Origin: an uncultured delta proteobacterium
GTDB lineage: Bacteria > Myxococcota > Myxococcia > Myxococcales > Myxococcaceae
Length of the DNA: 64,000 bases
Reading direction: 5' to 3'
NCBI GenBank assembly: GCA_963771175.1
Contig: CAVYSY010000038.1
Coordinates: 32,001-96,000 of the forward strand
Below are positions 40,744 to 50,937 of the stretch, piece by piece. Position numbers and translations under genes: made by a program. The notes under the pieces were generated by a model. The model saw only the letters and a program-made list of their open reading frames with translations. It ran no database searches and was not told the DNA's origin. The stretch's first letter is position 1. Each line of letters begins with the position of its first letter.

Positions 40744-42118
40744 CCGAGTGCTCCTTCATGAAGGGCGCCAGCCGCTCGCGGATGAGCGTGCGGGCCCTGT
40801 CCAGGTCCACGTCTTCCGCCCGGGTGAGGCCCTCGCTCAGCTCGGCGACGATGCCGCCCGCGATGGTTCCCACCTCGTAGGCCAGACGGTACGGCACCCG
40901 GCTGAAGCTCACCAGCGTGTAGCGGCTCAGGAACTCGCCCGGGAAGGCCTTGAGCAGCTCCTTCTCCACCGCCTTCTCCAGCAGGAAGCGCGGGTCCGCC
41001 GTCCGGTCCCGCATCTCCACGAAGTTCTCCACCGCCATGTCGGCGATGGCATCCGCGTTCGGCTTGCGCAGCCGGAAGAACTCCTCGAAGGCGTCCTCCC
41101 ACCGAGTGTGCCGCCCGAGGCAGTCCTCCAGCGTCACGCAGTCCTCGAAGCCGCAGTTCATCCCCTGCCCGAAGAAGGGCACGATGGCGTGCGCCGCGTC
41201 CCCCAGCAGCAGTGCCCTCCCCCCCACGTGCCACGGCGCGCTCTTCACCGTCACCATCGTCCCCGTGGGGTTGTGGAAGAAGTCGTGCGTCAGGTCGGGC
41301 ATCAGCGGCAGCGCGTCCGGGAACTGCTCCTCGAAGAAGGACAACACCCGCGACGGAGAGTCCAGCGACTCGAAGCTCACCGGGCCCTGGAAGGGGAGGA
41401 ACAGCGTGCAGGTGAAGCTGCCATCCTCGTTCGGCAGGGCAATCAGCATGTACGAGCCACGCGGCCAGATGTGCAGCGCGTGCTTCTCCATCCGGAAGGC
41501 GCCACCCGGGCCCGCGGGAATCGTCAGCTCCTTGTACCCGTGGCTCAGGTGCTCCTGCGCCGAGCAGTGGCCCGGCAGCCGCTCCAGCTCGCGCCGCACC
41601 GCCGAGCCCGCGCCGTCCGTGCCGAACACCACCGGAGTGCGCACCTCGCGCGCGGCGCCACTCGACTCGTCCTGCACGTCGAGCACGCCCTTCTCGAAGT
41701 CCACGTGCTGCACGCGCTGCTTGAACTGGATGCGCACCCGGCCCGAGCCCTCGGCGTGCGTCATCAGGTACTTGTTCAGCCACGCGCGCGAGATGCTGTT
41801 GATGTGCTGGGACTCGTCCTTGCCGTAGGCCTGGAAGACCAGCCCACCCGAGACCGGGTGGATCATCCGGCCGCGCATGGGGATGGCATGGCGCAGCGCC
41901 TCCTCCTCCAGCCCCACCTGCCGCAGGGCATACAGACCGCGGGCGGAGATGGCGAGGTTGATGGAGCGCCCCGCGCCAATCTCCTCGTGCCGCATGTCCG
42001 GGCGCCGCTCCAGGACGTCCACCTGGAAGCCACGCCGCGCCAGGTACATCGCCAGAAGCGAGCCCACCAGGCCCGCTCCCACCACCGTCACGTGCTGTGT
42101 GCGTTCAATCTCGTGCAT
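40721..42118 (-). CDS. kmo: Kynurenine 3-monooxygenase
   Basis: GAGLVG, GRSINLA.S.RG, LHIWPRG.YM.IALPN.DGSFTCTLF, GDAAHAIVPFFGQGMNCGFED, NFVEMRD. Confidence 0.95.
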   Translation of the reverse strand: MHEIERTQHVTVVGAGLVGSLLAMYLARRGFQVDVLERRPDMRHEEIGAGRSINLAISARGLYALRQVGLEEEALRHAIPMRGRMIHPVSGGLVFQAYGKDESQHINSISRAWLNKYLMTHAEGSGRVRIQFKQRVQHVDFEKGVLDVQDESSGAAREVRTPVVFGTDGAGSAVRRELERLPGHCSAQEHLSHGYKELTIPAGPGGAFRMEKHALHIWPRGSYMLIALPNEDGSFTCTLFLPFQGPVSFESLDSPSRVLSFFEEQFPDALPLMPDLTHDFFHNPTGTMVTVKSAPWHVGGRALLLGDAAHAIVPFFGQGMNCGFEDCVTLEDCLGRHTRWEDAFEEFFRLRKPNADAIADMAVENFVEMRDRTADPRFLLEKAVEKELLKAFPGEFLSRYTLVSFSRVPYRLAYEVGTIAGGIVAELSEGLTRAEDVDLDRARTLIRERLAPFMKEHSDGFRLEG

Positions 42119-43395
42119 GGCTTTCGAGCACCCCCGCGAAGCGGTATACGTCGAGGAAGCTGACATAGAGAGGAGCCGGCGCGGCGCGGATGACGTCCGG
42201 CGAACGGAAGTCGCAGAGGATTCCCTGCGCCGTGAGCTTCTCCAGCAGCTTCCGAGGCTCCTTGCCGAAGCGCAGCGAGAGCTGGACGCCCCGCTGCTTC
42301 GGCTCTCTCGGAGTGGTGATGCGCACGAACCCGGGCGGGAGCCGGTCCAGGAGGAACTCCAGGTAGCCGGTGAGCAGCTCGCTCTTGCGGCGCAGCGCCG
42401 GCATCGTCGCGCGGTCGAAGATTTCCAGGGACGCCCGGAGGGCCGCGAGCTGGAGGATGGGCGGGTTGGAGAGCATCCACCCCTCGGCGCCCGGGCTCGG
42501 GTTGAAGTCCGGCCCCATCTGGAAGCGCGTCTGCTTGTCGTGGCCCCACCAGCCCGCGAAGCGCGGCAGGTCCTTGTCGCGAGCGTGGCGCTCATGGACG
42601 AAGACGCCGCCCAGCGTGCCCGGGCCCCCGTTGAGGTACTTGTACGAGCACCACACGGCGAAGTCCGGCCCGTCATCGTGCAGCGAGAGCCGCAGGTTGC
42701 CGGCCGCGTGCGCCAGGTCGAAGCCCACCCGGCAGCCCTGCTTGTGCGCGGCCCGGGTGATGGCGGCCATGTCGAAGGCCTGGCCGGTGAGGTAGTTCAC
42801 GTTGCCCAGCAGCACCAGGGCGATCTCCCGCCCGTGTCGCTCGAGGGTCTCGAGGATGTCCTCGGTGCGCAGCGTCTCCTCGCCCTCGCGAGGGGAGAGG
42901 CGGAGGATGGCCTCGTCCGGGTCCTGGCCGTGGAAGCGCACCTGCGAGGCCACCGCGTACTGGTCCGACGGGAAGGCCCCCGCCTCGATGAGGATTTTGC
43001 GGCGCTCGCCCGAGGGCCGGTAGAAGGACACCATCATCAGGTGCAGGTTCACCGAGAGGGTGTTCATCACCACCACTTCGATGCGGGTGGGCCCCCACGA
43101 GCCGGGCCGTCTGCTCGGTGAGCAGCTCGTGGTAGGGCATCCACGGATGCGGCCCCGTGAAGTGGCCCTCCACCCCATGCTTCTCCCAGTCCTCCATCGC
43201 CTCGAGCACGTAGGGCTTCGCCTTGCGCGGCTGGAGCCCCAGCGAGTTGCCCACGAGGTAGATGACGGGCTCTCCGCTCTCGCCGCGCGGGAAGAGGAAC
43301 TCCTCCCGGAAGTGGCGCAGCGGATCCTGCGCGTCCATCCGCCGGGCGAAGTCCTCACTGGCCTCGAAACGCACTGCCTCTGAGCCACCGCTCAT
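42105..43395 (-). CDS. kynU: Kynureninase (frameshift near 43090)
   Basis: GNSLGLQP, MNTLSVNLHL, AFPSDQY, FDLAHAAGN, WCSYKYLN.GPG, GWWGH, SNPP. Confidence 0.95.
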
Positions 43396-44416
43396 CTACT
43401 TGAACTCCTCTGCTGAACGCCCGAGCCACTCGAGTGCGTTGCGCCACAGCAGCCGCTCCCGGGTGGAAGCGTCGAAGTCCGGGAGGGACTCCATCAGGGT
43501 GCCCGGCCGGTCCTCGCCCAGCGGGAAGGGATAGTCGGTGCCCAGGGCCACCTTGTCCGGGCCGAACAGCCGCACGATGAAGCGCAGCGTCTCCGGGTCG
43601 TGCACCAGCGAGTCCACGTAGAAGCGGCCCAGGTACTCGCGCGGCGGCACCGGGTTGTCGACCGCGCACGAGGTCCGGCCGCGCCTCGAAGCCGTGCTCG
43701 ATGCGGCCGAAGGTGCCCGGGAAGGCGCCGCCGCCGTGCGCGAAGGCGACCCGCAGCTTCGGCAGCCGCTCCAGCACGCCGCAGAACAGGAGCGAGCAGA
43801 TGGCGAGCGCGATCTCGGCCGGCATGCCCACGAGCCAGGGCATCCAGTACTTCTTCATCCGCGCCTCGCCCAGCATGTCCCAGGGATGGACGAAGACCGC
43901 CGCGCCCAGCTCGGCCGCCGCCTCGAAGACGGGGAAGAGCTCCGGGTCGTCCAGGTTCCAGTGCCGTTGACGTGGCGTGCCGATCTGCACGCCCGGCGAG
44001 GCCCAGCTCGCGCACGCAGCGCTCCAGCTCGCGCACGGCGAGCGCCGGGGACTGCAGCGGCACGGTGCCCAGGCCCACGAAGCGCCGCGGGTGCGCCGCG
44101 CACCACCGAGGCGAGGTGATCGTTGAGGAAGCGCGACAGGTCCAGCCCGTGCGCCGGCTTCGCCCAGTAGCTGAACATGACCGGCACGGTGGACAGCACC
44201 TGCACGCGCGACGCCGTGCGCGTCGCACTCCTCGAGGCGCTTCACCGGGTCCCAGCAGTTGCTCTCGATCTCCCGGAAGAACTTCCCGTCATCGCGCACC
44301 ATGCGCGCGCGGCACGGCGCGTGGTGCTCCAGGGTGATGAAGCCGCCGTAGCCGTAGCGCTCGGCGAAGCGCGGCAGCTCGGGCGGCAGCAGGTGGGTGT
44401 GGATGTCGATCTTCAT
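43396..44416 (-). CDS. nbaD: 2-amino-3-carboxymuconate-6-semialdehyde decarboxylase (frameshifted)
   Basis: MKIDIHTH, STVPVMFSYW, FVHPWDM, WLVGMPAE, AHGGG, DSLVHD, GTDYPFPLGE. Confidence 0.92.
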
Positions 44417-44943
44417 GAGGCACGCGGCGGGCTGGGTCACCCGGGTGCCACAGCGCTTGCAGGTGCTGTGCTCCGGGCTGCCGTAGAAGCGGTCGAAGAT
44501 GGGCGGGAGCTGGGTGCACGATGTTGGTGACGTGGAGGAACTCCTCGTAGCAGCTTGTCGCCGCACTGCGCGCAGAACCACAGCGAAGCCGTCCAGCTCG
44601 CCGCGGCCGGCGGCGGCGCTCGATGCACCAGCCCCACCGTGCCCGCCGGCCGCTGCGGCGAGTGCGGCACCCCGGGCGGCAGCAGGAAGATCTCCCCCTC
44701 GCGGATGGGGACGTCCTCGGGCTTGCCGTCCTCGATGATGCGCAGGGTGATGTCGCCCTCGAGCTGGTAGAAGAACTCCTCGCCCTCGTTGACGTGGAAG
44801 TCGGTGCGCGCGTTCGGCCCGCCGACCACCATGACCATGAACTCGCGGTCCTGCCAGATCAGCTGGTTGCCCACGGGCGGCTTGAGCAGGTGGCGGTGCT
44901 CGTCGATCCACTTCTTGAAGTTGAGGGGCTTCAGTCGGCTCAT
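44413..44943 (-). CDS. nbaC: 3-hydroxyanthranilate 3,4-dioxygenase (frameshifted; 3' end approximate)
   Basis: LKPPVGN, VGGPNARTDFH, EEFFYQ, PHSPQRP; rubredoxin-like CAQC...CKRC. Confidence 0.93.
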
Positions 44944-44944
44944 C

Positions 44945-45370
44945 TCAGTCTCCAATGGTCGCGATGCACTTCAGCTCGATGGCAATCGGCGTGGGCAGGC
45001 GGTTGATTTCGAGCGTCGTGCGGCACGGCGGCGTGGGCACGTCCTTGAAGTACTCGGCCCACAGCCGGTTGTAGGTGGGGAAGTCCTTCTTCATGTCCGT
45101 GAGGTAGACCGTCACGTCCACCAGCCTGTCCCAGGACGAGCCCGCCTCCTCCAGGATGTAGCGCACGTTGCGGAACACCGAGTGGCACTGCGTCTCGATG
45201 TCGTAGGAGACGACGTTGCCCTCCGCGTCCAACTCGACGCCGGGAATCTTCTTGCTGCCGCGCTCGCGCGGGCCCACGCCGGAGAGGAAGAGCAGGTTGC
45301 CCACGCGCCGGGCGTGGGGATAGAGGCCCACCGGCTCCGGGGCCTTCTGGGAATCGATTCGGTCGCTCAT
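44945..45370 (-). CDS. nbaF: RidA-family 2-aminomuconate deaminase
   Basis: YPHARRVGNLLFLSGVGPR, PCRTT, LPTPIAIELK; operon context. Confidence 0.85.
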   Translation of the reverse strand: MSDRIDSQKAPEPVGLYPHARRVGNLLFLSGVGPRERGSKKIPGVELDAEGNVVSYDIETQCHSVFRNVRYILEEAGSSWDRLVDVTVYLTDMKKDFPTYNRLWAEYFKDVPTPPCRTTLEINRLPTPIAIELKCIATIGD

Positions 45371-45377
45371 AGCGTCC

Positions 45378-46824
45378 TCGCAAGCTGACGCACACGTTCT
45401 TGGGCTCGGTGAAGAAGCGCAGCGCGTCCCAGCCGCCCTCGCGCCCCACGCCCGAGTCCTTCACCCCGCCGAACGGCGTGCGCAGGTCGCGCAGCATCCA
45501 GCAGTTCACCCAGACGATGCCGCTCTGCAGCTTCGCCGGCGACGCGATGCGCCCGGCTCAGGTCCCGCGTCCACACGCTCGCCGCCAGGCCGTAGCGCGT
45601 GCCGTTGGCCCAGGCCAGCACCTCCTCTTCCTGTCTCGAAGGGCGTGAGCGTGGCCACCGGGCCGAAGATCTCCTCCTGGTTGGTGCGGCACGCGTGGCC
45701 CAGGCCCTCGATGAGCGTGGGCTCCACGAACCAGCCGTTGCGGCAGCGCCCCGGCACCTCCGCGCGCCTGCCGCCGGTGAGGACGCGGCCGCCCTCCTGG
45801 CGGGCCAGCTCGACGTAGCCCAGCACCTTCTCGAAGTGCTGCGGCGACACCAGCGCGCCCTGGTCGGTGCGCGGGCTCCAGCGGGTCTCCCACCTTCAGC
45901 GCCCGCGTGCGCGTCCACGAGCGCCTCCTTGAAGCGCTCGTAGATGGGGGCCTGCACGAAGATGCGCGAGCCGCAGAGACAGATCTGACCCTGGTTGGAG
46001 AAGGACGAGCGCACCGTGGTGGCCAGCGCCTCGTCGAAGTCGCAGTCGGCGAAGATGACGTTGGGGTTCTTGCCGCCCATCTCCAGCGAGAGCTTCTTGA
46101 AGAGCGGCGCGGCGGTGCGGGCGATTTCCGCGCCCGTGCGCGTGCTGCCGGTGAAGGAGATGGCGCTGATGTCCGGGTGGCGGCTCATCGGCGCGCCCAC
46201 CTTGGGGCCGAAGCCGTGGACGATGTTGAGCACGCCCGGCGGCAGCCCCGCCTCGCGACACACCTGCGCGAGCAGGTACGCCGTCATCGGCGTCACCTCG
46301 GAGGGCTTGGCCACCACGCAGTTACCGATGGCCAGCGCCGGGGCGATCTTCCAGGTGAGCAGGTACAGCGGCAGGTTCCACGGCGAGATGCACCCCACCA
46401 CCCCCAGCGGCGAGCGCAGCGTGTAGTTGAGCGCCACCCCGTCCGTGAGGTGCGCCTCGCTGGAGAACTGCGTCACCGCGTCCGCGAAGAACTCGAAGTT
46501 GAGGATGCTGCGCGGGATGTCCACCGTGGCGGCCACCTTCAGCGGCTTGCCGGTGTCGATGGACTCGGCGCGGGCGAAGGCCTCGGCCCGGGTGCGAATC
46601 GCGTCCGCGATGCGGCGCAGCAAACGCGCCCGCTCGGAAGCCGGGGTGGCGGCCCAGGAAGGGAAGGCACTCCGGGCGGCTTCCACGGCCCGCTGGACGT
46701 CCGCCTCGTCCGAGTCGGGCACCCGCACGGAGGGCTCCCCGGTGGCGGGGTCGGGCTTGTCGAACCAGACCTGCGAACTCGGGGGGACCAGCTCTCCGCC
46801 GATGTAGTTGAGGACCTTCTCCAC
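45378..46824 (-). CDS. nbaE: 2-aminomuconate-semialdehyde dehydrogenase (ALDH8-like; frameshifted, 3' end approximate)
   Basis: ISPWNLPLYLLTWKIAPA, SFTGS, LEMGGKN, NQGQICLCGSR, EEIFGPV, RDLRTPFGG; GAGGAGG RBS before GTG 46824. Confidence 0.88.
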
Positions 46825-47045
46825 GCGTGAATCCTCCTCTGGCAGCCGGCGCCTCGAATACCACGAGCCCCGAGTAGCGGCCACCTGGAGGGGAAACACA
46901 TAGCGTTCAATTTTGAAGCCCCCGGAGAGCAGAAGGGCGCTGCTTCCTCCACTTCGGGTGACTCGAATAAATCGAGGCTCCAATCGTCCGTAGCCACACA
47001 CGACGGGAGCGAAGTCGGGCTCCCAGTGCTGAACACCCCTAACGG

Positions 47046-47708
47046 ATGAATACAATGAACCGCCTCTCTTCCGCCGCCGTCGTCGTCTCCCTTCTCCTCA
47101 CCAGCGGCGCTTACGCCCAGGACTGGCGCAACCGCCAGGAGCGCACCCAGGACCGCCGTGAGCTTCGCCAGGACAAGCGCGAGCTCCGGGACGACCGGCG
47201 CGACGTGGCCGAGCTGGAGAACGTGCTGACGCGCTTCGACAGGGCCTGGGCGGAGAGGAACGAGCGCGAGATGACCTCGGTGGAAGCGCGGCTGCGGGAG
47301 CTGCTGCACGAGGAGCTGGCCGAGGGCCACGCCGAGCTGCAGCGGGACAAGGCCGAGGTGCGGCGGAGCAACCGGGAGGCGCGCTCGAACCGCCAAGAGG
47401 TGATGTGGGGCCGGCCGGATGACCGCCGGGACGCGCGGGACGATCGGCGCGACCGGCGGGACGACGTCCGGGACGCCAAGGTGGAGGCGGCCACGCAGCG
47501 GACGCGGGCGTACATCGCCCGGGAGCTGGCCACGCTCATGGGCAGCCGGTATTACTCGGATCTGCAGCGCCAGCGCTCGCTCATCGTGGAGCTCCTCCAG
47601 CTCGGCCAGCAGGAGGTGCAGCAGACCCGGCAGGAGCTGCATGAGGATCGGCAGGAGCGGCGCGAGGACCGGCGCGAGACGCGCGAGGACCGCCGCCGTC
47701 GTTATTAG
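47046..47708 (+). CDS. Secreted low-complexity R/D/E-rich helical protein
   Basis: Signal peptide ending AYA-Q; heptad-like repeats QDRRELR, DDRRDAR, EDRRETR. Confidence 0.8.
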   Translation: MNTMNRLSSAAVVVSLLLTSGAYAQDWRNRQERTQDRRELRQDKRELRDDRRDVAELENVLTRFDRAWAERNEREMTSVEARLRELLHEELAEGHAELQRDKAEVRRSNREARSNRQEVMWGRPDDRRDARDDRRDRRDDVRDAKVEAATQRTRAYIARELATLMGSRYYSDLQRQRSLIVELLQLGQQEVQQTRQELHEDRQERREDRRETREDRRRRY

Positions 47709-47726
47709 GCCCCCTTCCCTTCGGAG

Positions 47727-47750
47727 GCGGCCTCGACACGAGGCCGCTTG
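47727..47750 (+). terminator. Possible hairpin terminator
   Basis: GCGGCCTCG-ACA-CGAGGCCGC stem-loop just after the stop codon; U tract weak. Confidence 0.35.
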
Positions 47751-47802
47751 CGCTTCTCCCGGAGCACCGGAAAAGTTGCCGCTCCCCCGATTGGAGACGG
47801 CA

Positions 47803-48588
47803 ATGACGCAACACCCGCACGAGGAGCTGGCCCTGCTGCTGGACCAGGCACGCCTGGAGGCCCGCGAGATTCCGCCCCTCACCCAGCAACACCCGGACCT
47901 CACGCTCCCGGCCGCCTACGCCATCCAGGCCGAGGGCATCCGCCTGCGCACCACTCGCGGCGAGCGCGTGGTGGGCCTGAAGATGGGGCTCACCTCCGAG
48001 GCCAAGCGCCGGCAGATGAACCTGGACTCTCCGGTGTACGGAGTGCTCACGGACCGCATGCAGGTGCCCGCTGGCGGCACCCTCCGGCTCCAGGGCTCCA
48101 TCCACCCGAAGATTGAACCGGAGATCGCCTTCCGCACCTCGCGCGAGCTGCGCGGTCGCATCACCCGCGAGCAGGCGCTGGAGGCGTGCGCGAGCGTCTT
48201 CGCGGCGATGGAGATCCTCGACTCGCGCTACCGTGACTTCAAGTACTTCTCCCTGCCCGACGTGGTGGCGGACAACTCCTCGTCCTCCCTCTTCGTCCTG
48301 GGCACCACCGAGCGCCCGCCGCGCGAGCTGGACCTGCCCCGACTCGAGATGGTGATGGAGGTGAATGGCGAGCGCGTCCAGGCGGCGCGCTCGGACGCCA
48401 TCTCGGGAGACCCGCTGCTGTCCGTCGTCCAGTTGTGCGAGCTGCTCGACGCGCGGGGCGAGTCCCTGCCCGCCGGCAGCATCGTGCTCGCCGGCGCCGC
48501 CACCGCGGCCCACATGCTGCGGCCCGGAGACCGCGTCCGTCTCACCGTCGAAGGACTGGGAGAGGTCGCGGTCTCCGTCGAGCCCTGA
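47803..48588 (+). CDS. 4-oxalocrotonate decarboxylase / 2-keto-4-pentenoate hydratase family (FAH fold)
   Basis: GLKMGLTSEAKRRQM, HPKIEPEIAF, EILDSRY, DVVADNSS. Confidence 0.88.
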   Translation: MTQHPHEELALLLDQARLEAREIPPLTQQHPDLTLPAAYAIQAEGIRLRTTRGERVVGLKMGLTSEAKRRQMNLDSPVYGVLTDRMQVPAGGTLRLQGSIHPKIEPEIAFRTSRELRGRITREQALEACASVFAAMEILDSRYRDFKYFSLPDVVADNSSSSLFVLGTTERPPRELDLPRLEMVMEVNGERVQAARSDAISGDPLLSVVQLCELLDARGESLPAGSIVLAGAATAAHMLRPGDRVRLTVEGLGEVAVSVEP

Positions 48589-48598
48589 GGGCCCCCCG

Positions 48599-50203
48599 CT
48601 ACTCGCCTCGGTAGATGCCGACGGCCCCGGGATTCCCGTACTCGTCGCGCCGGAAGGCCACCAGCACCCGGCGCGACGAGCCACTGCCCACGGCCTGGAT
48701 GTCCCAGACGGGGCGGTGCGAGAGGGGGCCGAGCGTCTGGCTGTAGCGCATCACCGTGTCCCCCTTCAGCCGGGTCAGCCCGCCGCTCCAGCGGTGCCCG
48801 ACCCAGAGGCTGTCGTCGCTCGGGTCACGCGCCAGCGCGGAGATGAAGCGGTCCGAGCCGGTGTTGAGCGTGTACTGCAGCACCACACCCGTCGCGTCCA
48901 TGCGGGCCAGCCCCCATGCGAAGGAGCTCACCCACACCGAGCCATCCGGCATCAGCGCCAGGCCGGACACCAGGTCGTCCACCCGGTCCCCGGGGCCGGG
49001 AATCCCCACCTCGTCCACCAGGTCCGGCCAGAGGTCGATACGGTTCTTGATGGCGGAGCGGTTCTCCGTCTGCTTGCGCGCCAGCTCGAAGTCCCTCGGG
49101 GTCTTCACGGTCATGAAGCGGAAGCGCGTGGAGCGGTTGGCCCCGCCGAACCACACGTCCCCATCCGGCCGCACCGCGATGCCGTAGTAGGCGTCCGTGA
49201 GCCGGAACTCGTGGCCCGCCGCGTCCTTCGCCACGATGTGCGCGTGCGTGTGCTCCAGCACTCCCGAGCATTCGCGCTTGCCGTTGCAGGTGGGGTTGGC
49301 CTGATGGTTCGGGTCACCCCACGCGAAGGCATGGTTGGCGCCAAACCACAGGTTGCCGTGCGCCTTGTCCCAGGCGATGCGCAGGACGGAGCAGAGCTTC
49401 TCGCGACCACCGGCCTCCTCGCCAATCACGCCCGGGCCGGACGAGATGTCGTAGTGGTCGACCCGGATGCCCGTGCCCGTCAGCGTGACCCTGTCCGCGT
49501 CACCACTCTTGTAGACGTTCGGGTTCTTCGCGCCCGCCTTGTAGTAGTTGCTCTCGCAGTCCGCCTGACCCTCGTAGCCCACGAACACCGTGCCCGCCGG
49601 GCCGCCCGTCACCGCGATGACCTTGAGGTACTTCGGCCCGACCGGCGCGCTCCCATCCTTCATGTAGCCATAGGGCCGCAGGCCATCGTCCATCGTGAAG
49701 CGCTCGAAGGTGCTCGACCCCGGACGCAGGAGGAACAGGCCCTCCTCGCCACCGGCCACCCAGACGTTGCCGCCCTCGTCCTCCGTGACGCCAAACACAT
49801 CCTGGGGCGCGCCCCGCGCCGGGCCGTAGAACGTCCACCCCCGCGCGTCCGGGTAGACGACGGTGCCCGCGTCAGCAGTACCCGCGTCCACCGGCTCCAC
49901 GGGAGGCTCACCCGCGTCCGGTCTCTCCGGTTCGGGGGGAGGTTCCTCGTCGTCCGGCTCGGAGTTTTCGTCCCCCGGCCCGTGGTCGTCCTCGTCGGGT
50001 ACCGGCTCCCCATCATCGATGACCGGGTCCTCATCATCGACGACCGTGCCGGCATCCTCGGGAGATGGAAGGCCGGGCGTGCTCCCCGTGCCCTGGTCAT
50101 CCTGCTCCGTCGAGGGCGAAGCCGGCTGGCTCCCACCTCTACATGCCAGCGTGACCACCAACAACCCCACCAGCCCCCACTTCCACCCTCGCCGCCCGCT
50201 CAT
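48599..50203 (-). CDS. Lipoprotein with acidic/Pro linker and beta-propeller domain
   Basis: Lipobox TLAC; D/E/P-rich linker; blades DEGGNVWVAG, GNLWFG, DGDVWFG, DGSVWV, DSLWVG. Confidence 0.82.
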   Translation of the reverse strand: MSGRRGWKWGLVGLLVVTLACRGGSQPASPSTEQDDQGTGSTPGLPSPEDAGTVVDDEDPVIDDGEPVPDEDDHGPGDENSEPDDEEPPPEPERPDAGEPPVEPVDAGTADAGTVVYPDARGWTFYGPARGAPQDVFGVTEDEGGNVWVAGGEEGLFLLRPGSSTFERFTMDDGLRPYGYMKDGSAPVGPKYLKVIAVTGGPAGTVFVGYEGQADCESNYYKAGAKNPNVYKSGDADRVTLTGTGIRVDHYDISSGPGVIGEEAGGREKLCSVLRIAWDKAHGNLWFGANHAFAWGDPNHQANPTCNGKRECSGVLEHTHAHIVAKDAAGHEFRLTDAYYGIAVRPDGDVWFGGANRSTRFRFMTVKTPRDFELARKQTENRSAIKNRIDLWPDLVDEVGIPGPGDRVDDLVSGLALMPDGSVWVSSFAWGLARMDATGVVLQYTLNTGSDRFISALARDPSDDSLWVGHRWSGGLTRLKGDTVMRYSQTLGPLSHRPVWDIQAVGSGSSRRVLVAFRRDEYGNPGAVGIYRGE

Positions 50204-50263
50204 ACCCCGGTACGCCTCCGCCGCTCGCCGCCGGACACTCCGTCCAGTGTCATACGGAAGCAT

Positions 50264-50279
50264 CGCAAGCGGAGTGCCA
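50264..50279 (-). promoter_or_regulatory. Sigma-54 (-24/-12) promoter for the propeller lipoprotein gene
   Basis: Minus strand TGGCACTCCGCTTGCG, with exact GG-N10-GC spacing, ~60 bp upstream of ATG 50203. Confidence 0.7.
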
Positions 50280-50394
50280 TGGCCAGGGGCACGTCAAGGC
50301 CTGACACCGCACAGCGGGTGGGCAACTTCGTCGCCACCGGGAGCAGTCACCTGCTCCGTGTGAGCAAGGACGAGGACCGCGGCTGGGGCGCGAC

Positions 50395-50679
50395 TCAGGA
50401 GGACTCGTCGCCCTTCCGAGAGCCTCCGCGGGCCCTGTTCTTGTCCACGATGGCCACCAGGATGAGCACGAAGGCGAGCAGCCGGATGGAGTACGCCGCG
50501 ACGACGTGCTCGTTGTTGTTCCGCAGCGCCAACACCACCACCCGGTGCAGCGCCATCAGCCAGAAGGAGGCGGCGAAGAACGCGAAGAACCGGTCGCGCG
50601 TCTTCCGCCAGAACCGGAGGAAGAACAGCCCCGCGACACAGCACAGGGCGAACACGGTGCCGGAGAGGAAGTCGTTCAT
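50395..50679 (-). CDS. DUF5985-like small 3-TM membrane protein (second of pair)
   Basis: MNDFLSG...GLFFLRFWRKTRDRFFAFFAASFW...YSIRLLAF.LIL.AIVDKNR. Confidence 0.75.
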   Translation of the reverse strand: MNDFLSGTVFALCCVAGLFFLRFWRKTRDRFFAFFAASFWLMALHRVVVLALRNNNEHVVAAYSIRLLAFVLILVAIVDKNRARGGSRKGDESS

Positions 50680-50937
50680 TCGGAATCCCAGACGCAGGCC
50701 GAATATCAGGAGCCCGAGTGACACGAGCGCGGACAGGTGCCGGAACGTGGTCAGGTCCGGCCCCTTGGGCATGACCATCAGGTCCACCACCAGCAGGACG
50801 TTGTTCACCGCCAACCCGACGAAGCAGAGGCTGCTCCACAGCAGCAGGGGCACCCGGTTCCGGGCGTATCCCCGCAGGAGCAGCACCGCGCAGGCGAGGC
50901 TGGTCGCCGCACACAGAAGGAAGACCACGTCAGCCAT
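50676..50937 (-). CDS. DUF5985-like small 3-TM membrane protein (first of pair); a +1 indel fuses it to the next gene in this sequence
   Basis: MADVVFLLCAATSLACAVLLLRGY...LLLWSSLCF.GLA.NN.LL..D. Removing one base near 50694 gives ...GLVWDSE* with an ATGA overlap. Confidence 0.72.

Noticed and set aside
25055..45950. Apparent mass pseudogenisation or programmed frameshifting (M49 peptidase, pgi, kynU, nbaD, nbaC, nbaE and others)
   Set aside because: The indels cluster in patches, hit housekeeping genes such as pgi and leave catalytic motifs intact without other signs of decay. This is typical of uncorrected long-read error; read-level polishing would confirm it.
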